Assembly (NCBI GenBank): GCA_020148145.1
Contig: JAHCRE010000019.1
Location: forward strand, 1 to 52,535
Direction: 5' to 3'
Length of the DNA: 52,535 nt
DNA from: Patescibacteria group bacterium
GTDB lineage: Bacteria; Patescibacteriota; Minisyncoccia; Minisyncoccales; JAHCRE01
A program made the translations under genes and the position numbers. Below the pieces are notes generated by a model, which made no database searches, was not told the origin of the DNA, and was given only the letters and a program-made list of their open reading frames with translations. Below are positions 42,436 to 51,746 of this stretch, one piece after another (position 1 is the first letter of the stretch; each line of letters starts with the position of its first letter).

Positions 42436-44472
42436 ATGAAGTTTAAACTCTACTCAAAATTTAAACCAACTGGTGATCAACCTCAGGCAATTGAGGGGTT
42501 AGTTAAGAATTTAAAAGTTGGAATTAAAAATCAAGTTTTATTAGGGGTAACGGGGTCGGGAAAAACATTTACTTTAGCTAATGTAATTGAAAGTGTCCAG
42601 AAACCAACCCTGGTGATATCCCATAATAAGGTTTTGGCTGCCCAACTTTATCAAGAATTTAAAGAATTTTTTCCAAAAAATGCTGTTCATTACTTTGTCT
42701 CTTATTATGACTACTATCAACCAGAGGCTTACCTTCCTCAAACCGACACCTATATTGAAAAGGATGCCAAAATTAATAAAGAGATTGATAGATTAAGGCA
42801 TGCCGCCACTCAAGATCTCCTGACAAGGCCTGATATTGTTATTATTGCCTCGGTTTCTTGCATTTACAACATTGGTTCGCCAGAAACCTATCAGAAAGTT
42901 TCTCTTGAAATTAAACCAGGAAAAAAAATTAGAAGAAAAGTTTTTCTTTCTTATTTAACTGATTTACAATATCAAAGAAATGATATCGATTTTCGGCCAG
43001 GGACTTTTCGAGTTAGAGGAGAGATTATTGAAATTTATTTAGTTACTGGAAAAGAAATTTTGAGAGTTGAATTTTTTGGCGATGGGATTGAAAAAGTTTC
43101 AATCTCTCCAGCTTCATTAACTCCAAACTATAAACTTCTAACCACTAGTTATCGTTTATATCCAGCCCATTTCTGGGTGACTCCTCAAGAGAAATTAAAT
43201 ATTGCTATTGAGAATATAAAATTGGAACTACAAGAAAGATTAAAGGAATTAAAAAAAGAAAAAAAACTAATAGAAGCTCAAAGATTAGAACAGAGAACAA
43301 ATTATGACTTGGAAATGCTAAGAGAAGCGGGCTTCTGTCATGGAATTGAAAATTATTCAAGACATTTAGAATTTAGAAAACCAGGCCAAGCCCCTTATAC
43401 TTTAATTGATTATTTTTCCGCCGAGGGGCCCGCGGTAAGCGGGAGGGTGGAGGGGGGGTTGGAGTCCGCCAAGGCTACAACGAACAAATCAAGAAATTTC
43501 TTAATTTTTGTTGACGAATCTCATATGACCTTACCTCAACTCCATGCCATGGCTAATCAAGATCGAGTTAGAAAAGAAACTTTGATTGAATATGGATTTA
43601 GGCTTCCTTCAGCAATAGATAATAGGCCCCTAACCTTCAAAGAATTTGAAGAAAAAACCGGTCAGATAATCTATATTTCAGCCACTCCAGCCAAAGAGGA
43701 AAGGAAGAAGGCTAGTAAAAAATATGTTGTTGAACAATTAATTCGGCCTACTGGCCTTTTGGAACCTTCAGTTGAACTTCGATCGGCAAAAAATCAGGTT
43801 GAGGATTTAGTCAAGGAAATTAAGGCAAGGGTAAAGAAAAAACAAAGAGTCCTTGCTCTAACTCTAACCAAGAGGTTGGCTGAAGCCTTGTCTGATTATT
43901 TGGCCGAAGAAGGAATTTCCACTCAGTGGTTACATGCTGAAGTTAAAACCTTGGAGAGACCGCAAATCCTCAAAGACTTAAGAAAAGGAAAATATGATGT
44001 CTTAGTTGGAATTAATCTCTTAAGGGAAGGGTTGGACTTACCAGAAGTTGCACTGGTCGCAATTTTAGATGCTGATAAAGAAGGATTTTTAAGGTCAGAA
44101 ACCACTTTGATTCAAACCATGGGAAGGGCAGCTAGGCATATTGAAGGCCATGTTATTTTATACGCAGATAAAATTACAAAATCAATGGCGGCTGCCATAA
44201 AAGAGGTAGAGAGAAGAAGAAAAATTCAAAGGAAATATAATAAAAAGCAGGGAATAATCCCCAGGTCAATTATAAAAGAAATTAGGGGTTGGCCGTTTGT
44301 TTCAAAAGAAAAAGAAATATCCTCTGAATTTTGGGCAATCAAAGACGTTAAACTCCTTGAAAAAGAGATGAAGGAAGCGGCCAAGAATTTGGATTTTGAA
44401 AGAGCGGCTGAAATTAGAGACTTGATTAAAAAATTAAAAAGTAATAAAAATAAATTGTATGCCAATTACTAA
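42436..44472 (+). CDS. uvrB: Excinuclease ABC subunit B
   Basis: [22 protein letters not shown], beta-hairpin region [25 protein letters not shown]-terminal UVR domain FERAAEIRD. Confidence 0.95.
   Translation: MKFKLYSKFKPTGDQPQAIEGLVKNLKVGIKNQVLLGVTGSGKTFTLANVIESVQKPTLVISHNKVLAAQLYQEFKEFFPKNAVHYFVSYYDYYQPEAYLPQTDTYIEKDAKINKEIDRLRHAATQDLLTRPDIVIIASVSCIYNIGSPETYQKVSLEIKPGKKIRRKVFLSYLTDLQYQRNDIDFRPGTFRVRGEIIEIYLVTGKEILRVEFFGDGIEKVSISPASLTPNYKLLTTSYRLYPAHFWVTPQEKLNIAIENIKLELQERLKELKKEKKLIEAQRLEQRTNYDLEMLREAGFCHGIENYSRHLEFRKPGQAPYTLIDYFSAEGPAVSGRVEGGLESAKATTNKSRNFLIFVDESHMTLPQLHAMANQDRVRKETLIEYGFRLPSAIDNRPLTFKEFEEKTGQIIYISATPAKEERKKASKKYVVEQLIRPTGLLEPSVELRSAKNQVEDLVKEIKARVKKKQRVLALTLTKRLAEALSDYLAEEGISTQWLHAEVKTLERPQILKDLRKGKYDVLVGINLLREGLDLPEVALVAILDADKEGFLRSETTLIQTMGRAARHIEGHVILYADKITKSMAAAIKEVERRRKIQRKYNKKQGIIPRSIIKEIRGWPFVSKEKEISSEFWAIKDVKLLEKEMKEAAKNLDFERAAEIRDLIKKLKSNKNKLYANY
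43416..43476. repeat. GC-rich hairpin element in frame inside uvrB
   Basis: TTCCGCCGAGGGGCCCGCGGTAAGCGGGAGGGTGGAGGGGGGGTTGGAGTCCGCCAAGGCT. Hairpin CCCGC-GGTAA-GCGGG (43429-43443). Direct TCCGCC repeats at both ends. It adds about 23 aa between the conserved LIDYF and FLIFVDESH. Confidence 0.7.
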
Positions 44473-44731
44473 ATCGGTAAAAAAAGCCTTAAGACAAAGT
44501 TTAAAGAAAAGGTCAAGAAATATTCAAAGGAAACAAAAAATAAAAAGCCTCATTAAAGAGGTCAAAAAATTAGTTTCTCAAAAGAAAATAAAAGAGGCAA
44601 AAAAACTCCTACCTCAGGTTTATAAATCTTTAGATAAGGCAGCGAAAGTAGGAATGATTAAAAAGAATGCTGTAGCCAGAAAGAAGTCAAGAATTACCCA
44701 ATTGATTAATAAAACCTCTAAACTTCCATAA
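44459..44731 (+). CDS. rpsT: 30S ribosomal protein S20
   Basis: [40 protein letters not shown]. 14-nt overlap with the uvrB 3' end. Confidence 0.85.
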   Translation: MPITKSVKKALRQSLKKRSRNIQRKQKIKSLIKEVKKLVSQKKIKEAKKLLPQVYKSLDKAAKVGMIKKNAVARKKSRITQLINKTSKLP

Positions 44732-45665
44732 TTAACAGGTCAAGGGCTGTTTGAGGATCAAGCCTTCCCGTCTTAATTTTTAAATCTACCTGAAAAATTT
44801 TTCGGTAGATTTTTTTTAATTCTTCTATTTTAAATTTTCTGGCCAAAAAATAGCTTTTTCTGACAACAAAAGGATGAACCCCTAAACGCTTACTAATTGT
44901 TGAGATGTAATTTATCTCAAATTTTTTTTCTAATTGGCAAGATTTTATTAAAATTAAATTCCGAAACTGAAAATTAATCATTGAAAGAAGATATAAAGGG
45001 GAATCACCCTTTTTTAAATGTTTATGAATTAAATTTAAAGCCTTTTTTTTATTTCTTGAGGCTAGAGCATCGATAGTTTTAAAAATATCTGTTTCAATCT
45101 TTGGTTTAACTAAAAGTTCAACATCTTTTGTCTCAATTTTTTTTCTACCTCTAAAATTTATCAATTTTTTAATCTCATTAGCTAACTGCCAAAGGTTATT
45201 GCCAACAAAATTTATTAATCTCTCCAAGGCCAGAGGTTCTATCTTAGTCCCGTAATTTTCGATTTCCTTTTTAATCCATTTTTTTAATTTTTGCCCAGTC
45301 AGTAATTTAAATTCCTGGCATTTTCCATATTTTTTTAGAAAATTAAACAGAGGGTTTTTCTTATCAATTCCTTTTTCTTCATAAAATAAAATTATTTCAG
45401 CTGAGTTTAAAAAAAGCTTACTTTCTTTGAGAAATCTTTCAGAAAATTTTAAATTTAAAAAAGCATTTTTAAAAATTAGCAGTTTTTTTTCTTTAAACAT
45501 TGAAACTGATCGAATCTCATCTTTAAATTTTTCATAACTATCTTTTTTGAAATCGAAAATTTTAAAACTAAGTCCACTTTTGTGAATTTTTTTATAGCGC
45601 TCAATGATTCCATTTAGTTTTTGACGCGACCGATAGGTATCGAGGCCGTAAAGAAATAAAATCAT
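44718..45665 (-). CDS. holA: DNA polymerase III delta subunit
   Basis: ILFLYGLDTY N-terminus, about 315 aa, helical C-terminal domains with the conserved-position FRNLILIK segment. Confidence 0.7.
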   Translation of the reverse strand: MILFLYGLDTYRSRQKLNGIIERYKKIHKSGLSFKIFDFKKDSYEKFKDEIRSVSMFKEKKLLIFKNAFLNLKFSERFLKESKLFLNSAEIILFYEEKGIDKKNPLFNFLKKYGKCQEFKLLTGQKLKKWIKKEIENYGTKIEPLALERLINFVGNNLWQLANEIKKLINFRGRKKIETKDVELLVKPKIETDIFKTIDALASRNKKKALNLIHKHLKKGDSPLYLLSMINFQFRNLILIKSCQLEKKFEINYISTISKRLGVHPFVVRKSYFLARKFKIEELKKIYRKIFQVDLKIKTGRLDPQTALDLLIMEV

Positions 45666-45681
45666 AGTGAATTTGAGGCTC

Positions 45682-46554
45682 TTATAACTTCTGACATTTT
45701 GGGCAAAAGTGAGCTGATCTGCCAGCTAATTTTACCCTTTTTATTTTTTTACCACAACGAAAGCATTTCTCACCTTCCCGGCGATAAACTTTTCTTTCTT
45801 TTTCGTAATATCCTTTTTGACCTGAAATCGTTCTGAAATCAGAAATTGAAGTCCCTTTTAATTCAATAGCTCTTTTCGGAATTTTCCTCATAGCCTTATA
45901 GATTTTTTTAAGTTCTATATCATTCAAACTTTTTATTTCCCGAAAAGGATGAATTTTAGCTGTCCATAATATTTCATCAGAATAAATATTGCCTATGCCA
46001 ACAATAGTTTTTTGATCCATTAGAACCTGTTTAATCTTTCCCTTTTTTCCGCTTAGGGTTTCCTTAAATTTCTCCAAGTTAAAACTTCTCTCTAAGGGTT
46101 CAGGCCCTAAATTTTTTAGATTCTCTGAGTTTTTTAATTCTTTAGTATCCCATAATTCAACCTTGGCAAATTTTCTTAGATCAGAAAGGGCTAGCATCTG
46201 GCTATTGTCAAAAGTAAATAACAAATGAATGTAGGTATTAATTTTTTCTGAAAGGGGTCCGGGCGGAGGAAGCCATTTCCCGTGTTTAAACTTCCATTTC
46301 CCCAAAAGTAAATGACCAGTTAGTTTTTGATGAATTAATAAGCTTTTTCCGTCAGATAAATCAAAAATGATATTTTTACCTCTTCGCCAGGCTTTTTGAA
46401 TTTTTTTACCTTTAATTTCTCTTTTAAAATCCTTAAAATTTTTAGGTTTTTTAACTTGTTTTTCGAAGTCTGTCCATATGTATTCGATCTTTCGACCGAG
46501 TATTTTTTTCTGTAAATCTCTCACCGTAATTTCTACTTCTGGTAATTCTGGCAT
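45682..46554 (-). CDS. mutM: Formamidopyrimidine-DNA glycosylase (Fpg/MutM)
   Basis: MPELPEVE catalytic N-terminus (Pro2 is the nucleophile, so the ATG at 46554 is the start and not the TTG at 46566). H2TH region. C-terminal zinc finger CFRCGKKI..HFCPKCQ. Confidence 0.9.
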   Translation of the reverse strand: MPELPEVEITVRDLQKKILGRKIEYIWTDFEKQVKKPKNFKDFKREIKGKKIQKAWRRGKNIIFDLSDGKSLLIHQKLTGHLLLGKWKFKHGKWLPPPGPLSEKINTYIHLLFTFDNSQMLALSDLRKFAKVELWDTKELKNSENLKNLGPEPLERSFNLEKFKETLSGKKGKIKQVLMDQKTIVGIGNIYSDEILWTAKIHPFREIKSLNDIELKKIYKAMRKIPKRAIELKGTSISDFRTISGQKGYYEKERKVYRREGEKCFRCGKKIKRVKLAGRSAHFCPKCQKL

Positions 46555-46559
46555 ATACA

Positions 46560-46664
46560 TCAACAAACCCCGCCCTCTAAGCTCAGTGAGCTACATATAG
46601 CACAGAGGGCGGGGTTCTTTCTTAAATCTCTAACTATCGTCTCTACTTCGGGAAGCTCAGGCAT
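46560..46664 (-). pseudogene. Relic 5' end of a second fpg copy (16 codons) fused to a GC hairpin
   Basis: The minus-strand ATG at 46664 reads MPELPEVETIVRDLRK, then hairpin-encoded NPALCAICSSLSLEGGVC, then a stop. The TGA overlaps the ATGTATATG preceding the real fpg start. Confidence 0.6.
46566..46616. repeat. Perfect 13-bp GC-rich inverted repeat
   Basis: AACCCCGCCCTCT (46566-46578) pairs with AGAGGGCGGGGTT (46604-46616). There is an inner AGCTC/GAGCT hairpin. Confidence 0.85.
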
Positions 46665-46672
46665 AATTATGT

Positions 46673-46755
46673 GGACACCTTTTTAAAAAGGTGTCCCCGC
46701 CAAAAAATATAAGGTATCGGAAAACTCGGAATCTTGTAACCCGTAGTTTTTCGAC
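46673..46755 (-). promoter_or_regulatory. Structured intergenic element, copy B (see 16396-16482)
   Basis: On the minus strand: hairpin (46716-46725 with 46746-55), the identical linker ACCTTATATTTTTTGGCGG, then the 24-nt perfect palindrome GGACACCTTTTTAAAAAGGTGTCC (46673-46696). It ends 8 nt before the relic fpg ATG. Confidence 0.6.
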
Positions 46756-46757
46756 TT

Positions 46758-47126
46758 TTATTTGAGGGCGTTTTTTATCTTATCAATAATTTCTCCTGGG
46801 GTGAAGTGGGCCTTAATTAAATAATCCACTGCCCCCAGTTTTAGCCCTCTTTCGATATCATCTTTTTGACCAAGATTAGAGAGAATAATTACCGGAATTT
46901 GGACTAGGGTTGGCTCTTCTTTCATCCGGGAGAGAACCTCAAAACCATCTATTCCTGGTAAGATAAGGTCAAGCAAAATTAGATCTGGTTTCTCGGCTTT
47001 AATCTTTTTTATTCCTTCCTCTCCATCAACTGCTTCAAAAGTCTTATAGCCTTCTTTTACGAGTTTTTGAGCAATTAACTCTCTCAAAAACTTATCATCC
47101 TCAATAATGAGAATATTTTTTGGCAT
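46758..47126 (-). CDS. Single-domain response regulator (CheY-like receiver)
   Basis: ILIIEDD, phospho-acceptor context LILLDLILPGIDG, IPVIILSN, K in LIKAHF. Confidence 0.9.
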   Translation of the reverse strand: MPKNILIIEDDKFLRELIAQKLVKEGYKTFEAVDGEEGIKKIKAEKPDLILLDLILPGIDGFEVLSRMKEEPTLVQIPVIILSNLGQKDDIERGLKLGAVDYLIKAHFTPGEIIDKIKNALK

Positions 47127-47163
47127 GGTTTAAATTTAATTTAGTAATCTCTTAATTGCTTCT

Positions 47164-47535
47164 TTACTTTCCTATTTGTTTAACCACCTTATCAATTACC
47201 TCCTGGGGATCAAATTCTGTTTTAATTAACCAGTCTTTTGCACCTAATTCCTGGGCTTTACTCAATTCAACTGGTTGGCCAGAGTTGGAAATAATAATTA
47301 TTGGAATTTCCTTTAGCTCAGGATCTTTACTCATTTCCTCCATCACTTCAAATCCTCCCATTTTTGGCATAACAATGTCCAGTAAAACAAGATCGGGTTT
47401 TACTTCTCTCATTACTTCTAGTCCTTCTTCTCCGTTTTTGGCTACGGAAATATCATAACCTTCCTTGGTTAGTTTTTTTTGGAGGAGATCAATCATAATC
47501 TCCTCGTCTTCAATTAGTAGAATTTTTTTTGGCAT
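47164..47535 (-). CDS. Single-domain response regulator (CheY-like receiver)
   Basis: ILLIEDE, LVLLDIVMPKMGG, IPIIIISN, WLIKTEF. Confidence 0.9.
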   Translation of the reverse strand: MPKKILLIEDEEIMIDLLQKKLTKEGYDISVAKNGEEGLEVMREVKPDLVLLDIVMPKMGGFEVMEEMSKDPELKEIPIIIISNSGQPVELSKAQELGAKDWLIKTEFDPQEVIDKVVKQIGK

Positions 47536-47615
47536 ATTGGAGTTTCTTTAATTATATTTTACCTTTTTTTAAAAAATTTGTTAAGTAATTTTAATTACCC
47601 GCAATTGGCAAGAGG

Positions 47616-48293
47616 CTAGATTTTCATCCCAAATGCTTTATATATTAAGATTGCTCCTATTGTATATCCTATTCTGGCGAAAATTGGAGAAATAAATACA
47701 CATAAAAGGGCTGGAAGAAATAAAAGTAAAATACCCAATCCATAAAGTAATCCTTTTATTTTCCCCTTTTTCTCCTTTTCTCTTATTGAATTATACAAAA
47801 ATATGAAAAAAATTAAAATAGAGAATCCTATAATTAGGCTGAAAAAAGCTATATTTACTGCATTTGATTGCCAGGGATGACTAATCACTTTATAGGGAAC
47901 TGGTTCAAGAGGAGCCTCTTCTATAATACTCATGGTTGGGAAAAAGGCAATGGCTATTATCATAAAAACTATACCTCCTATAATTATTGGAAAGATAATT
48001 TTGATAAAGAATCTTGGAACAAATTCTTGAAATACAAACCAAAATATCAGAAGGATTCCTATGGCTTGGACTGTCCCGCCAATTTGATATAAAACATATT
48101 GAATTTTATATAATTCGAATTGAATAAAAACATCTCTGATTGCATAGGAAAAAATTGAAAAGGCTATAGAGAGTAAACCCCAGGCCAATAATTTACCAGG
48201 AGAATAGTTTATTGTTTTACTTTTTTGAAGAATCCTCTTCCCTCCCCAAAGAAGACAAATAATTGAAGTAAGCATTACTAATTGAATAAACAT
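47616..48293 (-). CDS. Seven-TM membrane protein (possible stand-alone sensor module)
   Basis: About 7 hydrophobic helices and no soluble domain. It sits between the soluble histidine kinase and the receivers. Confidence 0.5.
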   Translation of the reverse strand: MFIQLVMLTSIICLLWGGKRILQKSKTINYSPGKLLAWGLLSIAFSIFSYAIRDVFIQFELYKIQYVLYQIGGTVQAIGILLIFWFVFQEFVPRFFIKIIFPIIIGGIVFMIIAIAFFPTMSIIEEAPLEPVPYKVISHPWQSNAVNIAFFSLIIGFSILIFFIFLYNSIREKEKKGKIKGLLYGLGILLLFLPALLCVFISPIFARIGYTIGAILIYKAFGMKI

Positions 48294-48333
48294 ATTTTTA
48301 AGTGAGATTAAAATTTAATTTCAATTTTTATTT

Positions 48334-49890
48334 TTAAAGTTCTTCTAAGAATTTTTTAAATTTTTCTTTAACCGGTAATGTAAAATAGAAAGTTGTTCCT
48401 TTATTCTCTTTAGATTCAAACCAAATTTTTCCCCCATGAGCTTCAATAATGTTTTTGGTGGTAAATAAACCGAGGCCAGTGCCTTCAGTCTCCATCCTCA
48501 TTACATTAGCTGCTCGAAAAAACTTAGTAAATACTCTTTCTTGCTGATCTTCGGGGATTCCTACCCCGGTATCCTCTATTGAGAATTCTATTTCTTTTTT
48601 AGCATATTTTAAAGAAACTGTCACCTGGCCACCGGGGAAAGTATATCTTATGGCATTGTCAAGAAGGTTCTCAATTACTACTTTCATTTTCTCCGTATCT
48701 ATCAGAATTTTCGGTAATTTTTTTTCTAGTTTCTTGAATTCAAATTTAATATTTTTTCTCTCAATTTCTTCGTTAAAAGAGTTTATTACGGATCGAACAA
48801 TCTCTTCAATATTAGCAAATATTGGTCGATAAATATATCTCCCTTCTTCTATCCTGGCTACGTTTAAAAGATCATTAATTAAATTAATCATTCTCTCATT
48901 AGATCGGTAAGTCTTTTTTAAGAAATCTCGTTGCTCTTTTGTTATTTCTCCTAAATCTCCATCTAATAACATACGTAGCGTCCATTTAATTGCCGAGAGG
49001 GGGGTTCTTAATTGATGGGCAGAAAGAGAGACAAATTCTGTTTTCATTCTCTCAATTAATTTCTCTCTGGTAATATCGTGTAAGATAACTAAAGTTCCTA
49101 ATTTTTCTTTTTCTCTTATAAAAGGGGTGGTGGTTATTTCTAAAACTAAATTTTTTCCTAAGGAAAGTTCTTTTCTAAAAATCTTCTTAATTTCTTCACC
49201 AAAAAGATTTATTAAGGACTTAAAGGGAGAAAATTTAGCAATTTTGGAAATAGACTTACCGACTATTTTTTTAGCCTTAATCTCAAAAAAGTCTTCAGCC
49301 TGAGGATTAATTAGCAAAAGATTATTTTCTTTATCAAAAACCAAAAGACCGTCAGCAAAATTAGTAATAATTGCCAAGGTTTTATTTTTTTCTTCCTCAA
49401 CTCTTTCTCTCTCTTTTTCAGTATCTTCAAGCATATTTAAAAGAGCAGTCTGGGCATTTTTAAGTTCCCCTTCCTTTTTTTTAATATCAATTAAATCAAA
49501 AAAGCCAATAAAATAGCCGATAATTTCTCCTTCCTCACTTTTTCTCAATACAGTAGAAGCGCTTACTGGAACCTTTCTCTTCTCTTTTGTGAAGATATTA
49601 ATTTCTTTTCCCTTAACAAAACCTTTTTCTATGGTGTCTTTAGATAATATTTCAATCTCTTCTTTGATAAAAAGGTTTTCTACCGGTTTTCCAATAATCT
49701 CCTCTATTTTGTAACCAGAGATTCTTTCAAGAGCAGGGTTGGCTTCTAAAATTATCCCAATTGAACTAATAAGACAAACTGGTAAGGGTAAAAAAGAAAA
49801 TAAATCACTGGCATAGCTTTCAAGAGAGGCTAAGTCTTCAAGGAGGATAGAAATTTTATTTTCCTCTTTGTTTTTTTCTTTTATTTCCAT
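48334..49890 (-). CDS. Soluble PAS-PAS sensor histidine kinase
   Basis: Two PAS-like regions, H-box SAHQLRTPLSAI, N-box ENLLDNAIRYT, G-boxes DTGVGIP and GTGLGL. No TM segment. Confidence 0.9.
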   Translation of the reverse strand: MEIKEKNKEENKISILLEDLASLESYASDLFSFLPLPVCLISSIGIILEANPALERISGYKIEEIIGKPVENLFIKEEIEILSKDTIEKGFVKGKEINIFTKEKRKVPVSASTVLRKSEEGEIIGYFIGFFDLIDIKKKEGELKNAQTALLNMLEDTEKERERVEEEKNKTLAIITNFADGLLVFDKENNLLLINPQAEDFFEIKAKKIVGKSISKIAKFSPFKSLINLFGEEIKKIFRKELSLGKNLVLEITTTPFIREKEKLGTLVILHDITREKLIERMKTEFVSLSAHQLRTPLSAIKWTLRMLLDGDLGEITKEQRDFLKKTYRSNERMINLINDLLNVARIEEGRYIYRPIFANIEEIVRSVINSFNEEIERKNIKFEFKKLEKKLPKILIDTEKMKVVIENLLDNAIRYTFPGGQVTVSLKYAKKEIEFSIEDTGVGIPEDQQERVFTKFFRAANVMRMETEGTGLGLFTTKNIIEAHGGKIWFESKENKGTTFYFTLPVKEKFKKFLEEL

Positions 49891-50489
49891 TTTATTAAAA
49901 ATTCATGATATTCATCTCCCCGAAAAAAACATTTAGTTTCTTGGCAAGTTATTTTAGGGCTTTTCACCATTAGCTGAAAGGGCCCAGGGAAATAACCTTC
50001 TAGATAGCGACAATAAACAGGGTGGAGATTAAAATTTTTCAACTGGATAATAGCATATTTTTTTTCTTCATTTAGTTCAACCGGAACTAATTCACCAACA
50101 GTCCAATGTTTTCTCCAAAGTTTTGAGGTCTGTTTATTAAAAGCTAATTTGAGAGAAAAAACATATTTTATAAAAAACTTAACAATCAAGGAGACCTTAG
50201 TGGCAAAAATTCCCATCTCTTTAATTTTTTCATCATTAAAATTAAAAATTTTCTTAATGGCTAAAAGAGAAAGGGCCCTTAACCCCACTGGATAAAAAGC
50301 CATGGTCTTAATTTCTTTATATTTTATTGGATAACCTAATTTCTCTAGTTCATCTTCTAATTCTTTTAAACCTTCTTTCCCTTTTTCTTTAAAGATAAAT
50401 TCTCCATCGGTTTTGAAAACCACCCCCCTTACTTCACCTTTAATTTCCATTAATTTTTTAACAGTTTCTTTTGTAAGTTCCTGATTCAT
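49881..50489 (-). CDS. V4R/DUF2378-like putative ligand-binding protein, paralogue A2
   Basis: 202 aa. Ends ITCQETKCFFRGDEYHEFLIKWK. Conserved C-x21-C-x4-C-x7-H pattern. 10-nt overlap with the kinase start. Confidence 0.4.
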   Translation of the reverse strand: MNQELTKETVKKLMEIKGEVRGVVFKTDGEFIFKEKGKEGLKELEDELEKLGYPIKYKEIKTMAFYPVGLRALSLLAIKKIFNFNDEKIKEMGIFATKVSLIVKFFIKYVFSLKLAFNKQTSKLWRKHWTVGELVPVELNEEKKYAIIQLKNFNLHPVYCRYLEGYFPGPFQLMVKSPKITCQETKCFFRGDEYHEFLIKWK

Positions 50490-50510
50490 GCAAAAATATT
50501 TTAAATAGTT

Positions 50511-51089
50511 TTATAATTGGCCTTTATTTTTTAATTCTTTTTTAAGTCTCTCAATCTCTTTTTTAAGTTCAATCATTTTTAATTCTCGGCCAACAGCTAC
50601 TTTTCGAAATTTTTCTAACTCTTCCATTTTTTTTTGGAGTTCTTTAGTTCTTTCACTAACTTGTCGCTTCAATTCCTCTCGGAATTTTTTACTCTCGCGG
50701 ATATCAACAAAGGCAAGGAAAAACCCAATAATGTTTCCTTTTCTATCTTCCCGGGCACGAGAATAAACAGCCACTGCTACCTTCTCGCTCTTTTTGGTTA
50801 ATAAATCTGTCTCTCGATTACTTAAGCCCCTTTTTTTGAGGGTCTGATCTATAATCTCTGAAGCTTCTTTTTCGGCCAAAACAGAACTAAGGTGTTTTCC
50901 AGATATTTCTGAGATTGTCCACAAAGAAAAATCTTCAAAAGCCCGATTAACATCTAAAATAAAGCCTTTGGAACTGAGATAGCTAAGAGCTAAAGGTAAA
51001 AATTGCCAGAGGCTTTTAGTATAGTCGGTTAAACCTTCTAAATGTTGTGACAAAATTTCTAATTCACTCTTTCTAATTTTTTTTCCCAT
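50511..51089 (-). CDS. PAS domain plus coiled-coil protein (no output domain)
   Basis: The PAS region resembles the N-terminal PAS of the kinase (LWQFLPLALSYLSSKGFILDVN against LFSFLPLPVCLISSIGIILEAN). C-terminal heptad-rich helix ending VAVGRELKMIELKKEIERLKKEL. Confidence 0.6.
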   Translation of the reverse strand: MGKKIRKSELEILSQHLEGLTDYTKSLWQFLPLALSYLSSKGFILDVNRAFEDFSLWTISEISGKHLSSVLAEKEASEIIDQTLKKRGLSNRETDLLTKKSEKVAVAVYSRAREDRKGNIIGFFLAFVDIRESKKFREELKRQVSERTKELQKKMEELEKFRKVAVGRELKMIELKKEIERLKKELKNKGQL

Positions 51090-51110
51090 GAATTAATTTA
51101 AATTTCTTTT

Positions 51111-51734
51111 CTATTTTTCCCAGGTAACTTTGAATAGATGGCCTTCCCCTTTTCCTTTTAGACAACATTTTACCTCTCGGCATTTCGGTTCTTTAACTAT
51201 ATAAGAGACGATCTGTTGAATAACTCCTTCCATATATCGGCAGTAAACTTGATGACCAGGGAAATCCTTAAGAATTAAAAGGACGCATCTTTCTTTTTCA
51301 TTTAAGTCAATACCCTCCATTTTCCCAACTGTATAATACATATTCCAATAATTAGATATCTCTTGAAAACACTTTCTCATCGTAACAAAGTATTTCATCA
51401 TTATTTTGGTAATTAAAGAAATCTTTTGAGCATTAGCACCCATTCGACGAATCGTCTCATCGTCCCATTCAAACAGTTCTTTAGCTACTAGAACTGAAAG
51501 TAAGTAATATCCTACGGGATACCATTTAAAATTTTTAAGCTCCCGATATTTTAGAGGATAGCCCAATTCAGCCATTGCCTTCTCAACTTTTTTTACTCCC
51601 TCTTCTCCTTTTTCTTTTAAAATAAAATCAAGATCCTCGATGAGGCCAGTACCAATGAGCTTGCCAGGAAGAGATATTAATCTTTTAATTTCTTTTTTAG
51701 AGATTTTTTTTCTAGTTTTAGAAGTTTTTTTCAT
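51111..51734 (-). CDS. V4R/DUF2378-like putative ligand-binding protein, paralogue B
   Basis: 207 aa, basic N-terminal tail. Shares LGYPLKYRELK..WYPVG and YCRYMEG..KCREVKCCLKGKGEGHLF with paralogues A1 and A2. Confidence 0.4.
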   Translation of the reverse strand: MKKTSKTRKKISKKEIKRLISLPGKLIGTGLIEDLDFILKEKGEEGVKKVEKAMAELGYPLKYRELKNFKWYPVGYYLLSVLVAKELFEWDDETIRRMGANAQKISLITKIMMKYFVTMRKCFQEISNYWNMYYTVGKMEGIDLNEKERCVLLILKDFPGHQVYCRYMEGVIQQIVSYIVKEPKCREVKCCLKGKGEGHLFKVTWEK

Positions 51735-51746
51735 ATTTTAACTTTT

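Noticed and set aside
2349-48832. About 28 further short ORFs in the track that lie antisense or out of frame within longer conserved genes (for example 2349..2546, 2857..3159, 6972..7208, 8862..9089, 10567..10764, 12925..13140, 15263..15478, 18230..18430, 18840..19067, 18916..19122, 20303..20569, 21560..21748, 22926..23114, 24297..24590, 25160..25390, 27202..27411, 28034..28432, 29630..29842, 30591..30773, 35954..36184, 39118..39336, 39416..39616, 41969..42220, 43923..44105, 44226..44465, 47156..47458, 47868..48092, 48650..48832)
   Set aside because: Each is fully or largely embedded in a longer ORF with recognisable family motifs on the other strand or frame. Their low-complexity, S/L/F/K-rich translations are typical of shadow ORFs in AT-rich DNA.
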